The notes beneath the pieces were generated by a model that saw nothing but the letters and a program-made list of their open reading frames with translations, was not told the origin of the DNA and ran no database searches. The translations under genes were made by a program, and so were the position numbers. Positions 58,493 through 64,000 of a DNA stretch of 64,000 nucleotides are shown here, piece by piece (positions within the stretch are counted from its first letter, which is position 1; each line of letters opens with the position of its first letter). The stretch is taken from assembly GCF_000328665.1 (NCBI RefSeq), contig NC_019977.1:1426001-1490000 (forward strand), given 5' to 3'. Source of the DNA: Methanomethylovorans hollandica DSM 15978. Its GTDB lineage: Archaea > Halobacteriota > Methanosarcinia > Methanosarcinales > Methanosarcinaceae.

Positions 58493-59479
58493 TTAAAAGC
58501 CTAACCAGCTCAAGATCTGCCAGACATAATCTATTATGCTGTTCTTCTTAACTACTGGTTCTTCGTTAATCTCTTCGAGAATTGCAATTTCTGCATTCAT
58601 CTCAGGCATTGCCGTTTCATTCTCAAAGGTCATATTCTCAGTGATTAATATCTTTGCTTGGCCTGTACCGCTGCCACTACTTCTAGCTGTTTCTTGAACC
58701 TCTTCTTCAAGATCTGCACCATTGATTCCATCACCTGCGGTCTGGCCATTGCTGCAATCCCTTAAGGTCACTATTACTGTCTTATCTTTGACCTTCATAA
58801 TGTATTCGCCAGCTGGTCTTTCTGTGCAGCATTCCTGCTTGAAGTGACCTGTCTCGTCAGCCTTAACTTCCAGGTGCGCTATAAAAGTGAGCTTTACAGT
58901 TTCCACTTTATCTGTGGTCTGGTTATCTGTGGTCTGGTTATCTGTAGTCTGATTTGTTTCCTCATCAACACAGTTGGTCACAGCACCTGAAAGTGCTCCT
59001 GTTGCGTTACCACTGACCACAAGGTTATAATTGCCCTTTGGAACGCGTGTTGACACACTAGCTTTGCCTGCAGATGCAGCAAAAGTTTTGGAGAGATCAA
59101 AACCGAATATGTTTGTGGTTATAGTAAGGTCTTGTACATCCTGTGCCTTGATAGTAGCTGTTGTACCTGGAGGTATGGCTATATTTTCTTGTTTGTATTC
59201 AAATTTACCATCTACGACTGGCACCTCTACCACATAAATTGTAGTAATGGGTACATAATCTCCAGGGCCTACATCACCTTCAATGAGGATCGGACCGCTA
59301 TCTACACACAGGTCAAGACCAGGACTTATTGTCAGGTTTTCCACAGGCCATGCAAGAGCACAACTTGCTGATAACAAGAGGATCAGCATTGCACTGACCA
59401 GCAGAACGGAAGTGCGGCCAAGCGATTTAGAGCCGGGACTACGCACATTATTAGAAATACTTAATGATTTAATGTTCAA
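58493..59479 (-). CDS. Secreted/surface hypothetical protein with TTDNQ repeats
   Basis: Signal peptide, beta-rich core, 15-bp tandem repeats near 58905-58955, acidic tail ending WQILSWLGF; GGAGG SD before TTG. Confidence 0.75.
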   Translation of the reverse strand: MNIKSLSISNNVRSPGSKSLGRTSVLLVSAMLILLLSASCALAWPVENLTISPGLDLCVDSGPILIEGDVGPGDYVPITTIYVVEVPVVDGKFEYKQENIAIPPGTTATIKAQDVQDLTITTNIFGFDLSKTFAASAGKASVSTRVPKGNYNLVVSGNATGALSGAVTNCVDEETNQTTDNQTTDNQTTDKVETVKLTFIAHLEVKADETGHFKQECCTERPAGEYIMKVKDKTVIVTLRDCSNGQTAGDGINGADLEEEVQETARSSGSGTGQAKILITENMTFENETAMPEMNAEIAILEEINEEPVVKKNSIIDYVWQILSWLGF

Positions 59480-59940
59480 TTAAACAACCTCCTACTTTTT
59501 TATGCATAGTAGAAATTACTCGTACATAAACATGTTCATATATTATTTGACTTTTACTTAAAGTTATCTATTAGAGCATTCATTTTAGATTTCTAATCAG
59601 AACTTTAACTTAAAAATCTATCCGTTATTTAGTTAACTTTACACTTTTTTCTGAGGCACAGCAACCATATATCTTAAAATAATTTCAATAAATCTTATTA
59701 TTTGAAAGGTATCTTATTCTTACATTCTGCAAGTGCCCTATAATTCTGCCAATTATCTGAATTGTAGATGTTTGTCAAACTTTAATAATACTATTTAACA
59801 TAATAATAACACACATTGTGATGAATATTGGGCTTTGTTCGTACAAATTGCTGAAAAAAGAAAATACCTGTTTTTTCTAGATATCTGCGGAAGGTTGGTT
59901 ATATGCTATATCTAAAATTTTGACCTCTAATAATATTTTA

Positions 59941-60038
59941 TTGCATTTAATTTTTAACACAAATTCGCAGGGTCATAAGAAGAGAACTTTGTTTTTTCTT
60001 CCTTTGCTCCTTTGCGTTGATAAAATATTGTATAGATC
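59941..60038 (-). repeat. Octamer-unit palindromic repeat, degenerate reverse copy
   Basis: Reverse complement reads GATCTATACAATATTTTATCAACGCAAAGGAGCAAAGG...TGTGTTAAAAATTAAATGCAA. Confidence 0.75.
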
Positions 60039-60232
60039 GTTTCAAAAGGGATTTATACTACTCCTCTTAAAATTCTCCACAGCAAGACCTAAAAATATAT
60101 GGAGTATACACTCTATATAAGGAAGTAGAATATAGATAATATCGGCTGGAAACATACAGCAAAGCAAATCTATTTGTATGAACTGGCGGAAATGCTGCAA
60201 GGCAGTGGAAATTATAAGGCAGGATTTTAATT

Positions 60233-61495
60233 ATGGTTCTGAAGTTTCAAAATGCAGCAAACATCGCTCAGCATTTGCATGACCCCCTGTTCAATAATTC
60301 CATATTCATCATGCTTGCATCCCTCTCAAGCGCTGGTTTTGGATTCATGTTCTGGGTGCTGGCTGCCAAGACATATGCTACCGAAGACGTGGGTACTGCA
60401 ACTGCGATCATTTCGTCCATGGGGCTTATCATGATGCTCGCAAAGTTAGGTCTGGATGCTTCGATGATCAGATTCTTTCCTGGTAACGATAAAAAGAAGA
60501 TCTTCAGCACTGCTATAATTGTTGTAACGTGCTTTGCATTGCTGTTCGGCACGATCTTTATCATATGCGTGGATTTGCTTGCGCCTGAACTTCGTTTACT
60601 GAAGTCCCCTGCAAACGCAGCTTTATTCCTGATATTTCTTGCTGCAAACTCAGCAACTGCATTATCATGCATCTCTTTTGTGGCGGTCAGAAAAGCTTCC
60701 CTGCAATTGTTCCAGAGCATAATAGTGAGCTCAAGGATCCTGTTTCTCATACCTCTTGCAGTACTTGGCACAATGGGTATCTTTTGCTCGCTGGGCATTT
60801 CCTTGCTCATTGCGCTCATAACTGCCTATATCCTTCTTGCAAGATCAGGTGTCATGCCCGGATTTATAGCCGACTGGAAATTTCTGGATGAATCGTTCCA
60901 TTATTCTGCAGGGAGTTATATCGCAGGTCTCTTTATTGCAGGACCTGGCCTGATCCTTCCTGTCATGGTCCTCAATATGCTTGGAGCCAAGCAGGCAGCT
61001 TACTATTTTATTGCTTATGCAGTTGCTACATTGCTTTTTAAAATACCCGCTGCTGTCAGTACATCACTCTTTGTCGAAGGCAGCTATGGTGAAGATATTA
61101 AGAAAACTGCAGCAAGGTCCGTGTTGTTTACTTATCTGTTACTGATACCTGCTTCCTTTATAATGTATCTGTGCAGCCATTGGGTGCTAGCGGCTATAGG
61201 TGCGGAGTATGCAGCAGAAGGGGTAAGCTTGCTGCAGGTGATGGTAGTCTCCGGTCTATTGGCCGGACTGAATTCCACATATTTTGCTGTGCAGAGAATA
61301 CGGAAGGATATGAAAGGACTGATAGCACTTAGCGCAGTGATAGGAGGAGGGATACTTGGAGCCGGTTATGTACTCATGCCCACGTTCGGCGTATTGGGGG
61401 CGGGATACGCATGGGTGGCAGGAAATGGGATAGGTAACCTGTTGGTTGCCATAATGTTCCGGATGAGAAATGGTATTGATGATAATGTGTATTGA
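60233..61495 (+). CDS. Oligosaccharide flippase / polysaccharide biosynthesis membrane protein
   Basis: About 12 TM helices; GFMFWVLAAK, LGL..SMIRF, SLFVEGS, GVLGAGYAW. Confidence 0.85.
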   Translation: MVLKFQNAANIAQHLHDPLFNNSIFIMLASLSSAGFGFMFWVLAAKTYATEDVGTATAIISSMGLIMMLAKLGLDASMIRFFPGNDKKKIFSTAIIVVTCFALLFGTIFIICVDLLAPELRLLKSPANAALFLIFLAANSATALSCISFVAVRKASLQLFQSIIVSSRILFLIPLAVLGTMGIFCSLGISLLIALITAYILLARSGVMPGFIADWKFLDESFHYSAGSYIAGLFIAGPGLILPVMVLNMLGAKQAAYYFIAYAVATLLFKIPAAVSTSLFVEGSYGEDIKKTAARSVLFTYLLLIPASFIMYLCSHWVLAAIGAEYAAEGVSLLQVMVVSGLLAGLNSTYFAVQRIRKDMKGLIALSAVIGGGILGAGYVLMPTFGVLGAGYAWVAGNGIGNLLVAIMFRMRNGIDDNVY

Positions 61496-61516
61496 TGACA
61501 ATGCGTATTGTTCAGG

Positions 61517-62380
61517 TTATTTAGGATAATCAGTACCCGTATGTTGTTTCCCTGCCGCCTTCAGATACACATAAATAAAGATCATGAACCATACAGGGAA
61601 CAGGACATAACCTGCATTGTCATGCATCTTCCACATTGCAACTGATCCGAAATGATAATTCGTGGCCACCAGGAGCAGCAGCCGGAATATATTCTGTACG
61701 GATGTTCCCAGTATCCCAAAAAGGAACAATGGCAAGATGCGATCGTTCCTGGGTCTGACATCTATCAGCATAAGAGCAAAGACAGTAAGAAATATAGCCA
61801 GCGAGGCACTTCCCGAACATCCTACATCAATGAATACAAGACTGCTTGAACCGGCAGCATCGGTCAGATAAAGTAACTGCCCCTCAAAACCCACAGGGTA
61901 CACCAGAGATGAAAAGTATGCTACGATCTTCGTGGTGATAAGTGCATATTGTGTCCCAATGGCTCCATCAAAGATCTTTGGGAAGGAAACCGAGAACCCA
62001 TATACAAAGACTAGCAGCGATGGCAGATAGGCTGCTGCTCCGAAGAATACCATGAACATGCCAGTGAATATCAAAAAGACAGTGAAAACCACGAATGCTA
62101 GATTAGAAGAGAGCGGCATCAATAAGGATATAACTGCAATAAACACACCTGCTACCACATAAGACTGTTCAGCAAGCATTCCTTCATTATTCATTTGACT
62201 TAATATTGCATCTTTCTTTAGCCATCCAAAGGTAATACATAACATGAGAATCACAAAGTGATGTGCAGTAAATGGCTCCTCGACTACACTATTACGTTGT
62301 GAAAAAAAGATTTTAATAATTGAAATTACTATGGAAATAGCAAGCCACATCAAGAGTTTGTTTTTCATGTTCTGATTCAT
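61517..62380 (-). CDS. artC: Archaeosortase/exosortase (archaeosortase C-like, PEF-CTERM system)
   Basis: Multi-TM protein with catalytic Cys (GCSG), Arg (NIFR) and His (MHDNAGY); PEF-CTERM gene in the same operon. Confidence 0.8.
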   Translation of the reverse strand: MNQNMKNKLLMWLAISIVISIIKIFFSQRNSVVEEPFTAHHFVILMLCITFGWLKKDAILSQMNNEGMLAEQSYVVAGVFIAVISLLMPLSSNLAFVVFTVFLIFTGMFMVFFGAAAYLPSLLVFVYGFSVSFPKIFDGAIGTQYALITTKIVAYFSSLVYPVGFEGQLLYLTDAAGSSSLVFIDVGCSGSASLAIFLTVFALMLIDVRPRNDRILPLFLFGILGTSVQNIFRLLLLVATNYHFGSVAMWKMHDNAGYVLFPVWFMIFIYVYLKAAGKQHTGTDYPK

Positions 62381-62382
62381 TA

Positions 62383-62823
62383 TTACTCGTTATTAAATAC
62401 AAAAAAGGCTTCTTCAAATGGTTCTGGCTTATCGTCCATATATACCACAAACTTTGCAACACGTAAAGTTGAGTTGATGGTTTGGTTTTTTGATACAGGT
62501 ATCTCATTAGGCAGCACATCTCTTTGATAGAAAAAAGTCTTGCTTTTTTTAACAGTGACATTCAAACTATGCTTCAACTCTTCAGCATAATATGTATTTA
62601 TCGAAAAATTATGGCTTATAGTATCATTGTTAGCAAGAAAAACAGATATTTTTGAATAATTGCCGTACAAATCATCATACATATCTATTCTACTTATTTC
62701 AGCCACTGGCTTTGATGAACTTTCAGAGAGTCCTGAAAGTACGCCTTGGGCAAACAACACAATTATGCTTCCAAGAATTAAAAGAGATAAAATGTAGAAT
62801 AATCTGATCTTATCTTTTGGCAT
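62383..62823 (-). CDS. Hypothetical membrane-anchored protein in the archaeosortase operon
   Basis: N-terminal TM helix, Ig-like beta-rich domain with several N-x-S/T sequons. Confidence 0.7.
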   Translation of the reverse strand: MPKDKIRLFYILSLLILGSIIVLFAQGVLSGLSESSSKPVAEISRIDMYDDLYGNYSKISVFLANNDTISHNFSINTYYAEELKHSLNVTVKKSKTFFYQRDVLPNEIPVSKNQTINSTLRVAKFVVYMDDKPEPFEEAFFVFNNE

Positions 62824-62824
62824 T

Positions 62825-63310
62825 TCAATAAACCGCCATATTACGACGTAATGTCAGATACAGAAAACCTACTATGAAAATTAATAAGCACGATCCGATT
62901 GGAAACTCTGGAAGAGGGGCAACAATAAAATAAGCATCACTTTCTTCTTTAATTTTACCATTCATTTTATACTCTATAGCGTGAACACGCCATCTACCAT
63001 CTTTATCGAGACCCCCAGTATACAAACCAGCAGAGAATTTTTTATTATCAATAGTATCATCCTCAGTAAACCCTCTATATTCTATGGGACCTCCAATGGG
63101 ATCATAATACCAATGGAATACCATTCTTTTACCACTAGCATCGTCCACAGTTATCGTATCAATAATGTTTAAAGAACCATATATAAATTGTGTGGGCTCC
63201 TTGGGATCCATAGTTCCAGTGAATACATGAGTATGTGCAGCCTCAGCAACCGACACAAATCCCACTAAAACAATTAACAACAAAGCATACTTAAACAACT
63301 TCATTTTCAT
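62825..63310 (-). CDS. PEF-CTERM sorting-signal protein
   Basis: Signal peptide; C-terminal LPEFP plus TM helix plus RR. Confidence 0.85.
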   Translation of the reverse strand: MKMKLFKYALLLIVLVGFVSVAEAAHTHVFTGTMDPKEPTQFIYGSLNIIDTITVDDASGKRMVFHWYYDPIGGPIEYRGFTEDDTIDNKKFSAGLYTGGLDKDGRWRVHAIEYKMNGKIKEESDAYFIVAPLPEFPIGSCLLIFIVGFLYLTLRRNMAVY

Positions 63311-64000
63311 CCCACCTTCCCTATGATCAAAGCCACCTGAGTGAACACCATACCAATGAATATAACGAACAGTACTCCTGACAATCTGCCAAACCTTATA
63401 CGCAGGTCTCCTATGAACTTAAATGATTTTTGAGAGAGCGAAGGTTCTGTCAGTTCAAGATATATCAGTAATATAATCAGGACTATAGAGAAGATCACGC
63501 TTACATTGAGAGTTGAATTGTCTCCGAATGCCTGATCATAGTAGGCCATGGTGGTCATATAGCTCATTACTGACGTGGAGAACGATGCAAAGCTTACAAA
63601 ACTGCTCCAGACCTGTGGTGGGTATGCAGGCAGTGACATGTATTCATCATGGGTCTTTCCATCCATATTGGACTTTACTAAAAAGGTGATCTGTTCTCCC
63701 ATTTCCAGGGGATTTACATAAGTGTACTGATATTTTTTATTTGACAGAGGAGCCAGTTCCGTTGCACCCTCCATCATCAGTTTCCCGTTGGCATATAGTT
63801 CATAATCAGCTGAAGATGCCTGAAGGGACGGATTATTGAGATTGAAAGTAACTACTACAGGCACTCCTTCTGAGGGCACCTGGGGAAAGACAGACACGGA
63901 CACCGGAGCAGCAGCATCGTGTAAGCCAACAACCAGACTTGCCATTACCAGCACAGAAAACCATATTACAAGAGTCTTTGAAACATATTGCCTATCCGAA
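63307..64000 (-). CDS. Hypothetical membrane protein in the archaeosortase operon (5' end probably outside window)
   Basis: Frame is open to the window edge; Ig-like domain, YPPQVWSSFVSFASFS motif, two C-terminal TM helices. Confidence 0.75.
   Translation of the reverse strand, partial: SDRQYVSKTLVIWFSVLVMASLVVGLHDAAAPVSVSVFPQVPSEGVPVVVTFNLNNPSLQASSADYELYANGKLMMEGATELAPLSNKKYQYTYVNPLEMGEQITFLVKSNMDGKTHDEYMSLPAYPPQVWSSFVSFASFSTSVMSYMTTMAYYDQAFGDNSTLNVSVIFSIVLIILLIYLELTEPSLSQKSFKFIGDLRIRFGRLSGVLFVIFIGMVFTQVALIIGKVG

Noticed and set aside
61473..61510. 16-bp tandem repeat at the flippase stop
   Set aside because: Only about 2.4 copies; most simply a local slippage duplication
1..64000. Pyrrolysine (UAG) readthrough genes
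   Set aside because: No gene was seen that is interrupted by a single in-frame TAG; the broken genes are frameshifts, insertions or deletions

Overview
Archaeal DNA from a Methanosarcinaceae methanogen (Methanomethylovorans/Methanolobus-like, inferred from the fpo operon with fpoO and split fpoJ and from the archaeosortase/PEF-CTERM genes). 1-8.1 kb is the 3' part of a chemotaxis cluster (cheB end, cheA, three cheC paralogs, cheR, cheD). It also holds a membrane DUF835/KaiC-like gene and is followed by two paralogous Cys/His-motif genes of unknown function. 10.5-20.8 kb is the complete F420H2:methanophenazine oxidoreductase operon fpoABCDHIJJKLMNO on the minus strand. 22.7-34.7 kb is an accessory island: three IS200/IS605 tnpB elements, an ISL3-ended MITE, and intact or broken toxin-antitoxin modules (RHH/PIN, AbiE-like, HicAB twice, RelBE-like). 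The island ends in an intein-MuF-Doc fusion fragment between 50-bp direct repeats. 34.9-48.9 kb is a surface-glycan cluster with an AT-rich core and an ISL3 insertion. 49-64 kb holds a PGF-pre-PGF surface protein, two more tnpB elements, an IS630, two paralogous membrane hydrolases, a flippase and an archaeosortase/PEF-CTERM locus. The most notable unexplained structure is a family of about a dozen intergenic palindromes built from 8-nt units (AACGCAAAGGCGCTAAG...CTTTGCGCCTTTGCGTT). They occur only in the accessory half of the window and separate the TA modules. No CRISPR array, tRNA or rRNA was recognised.
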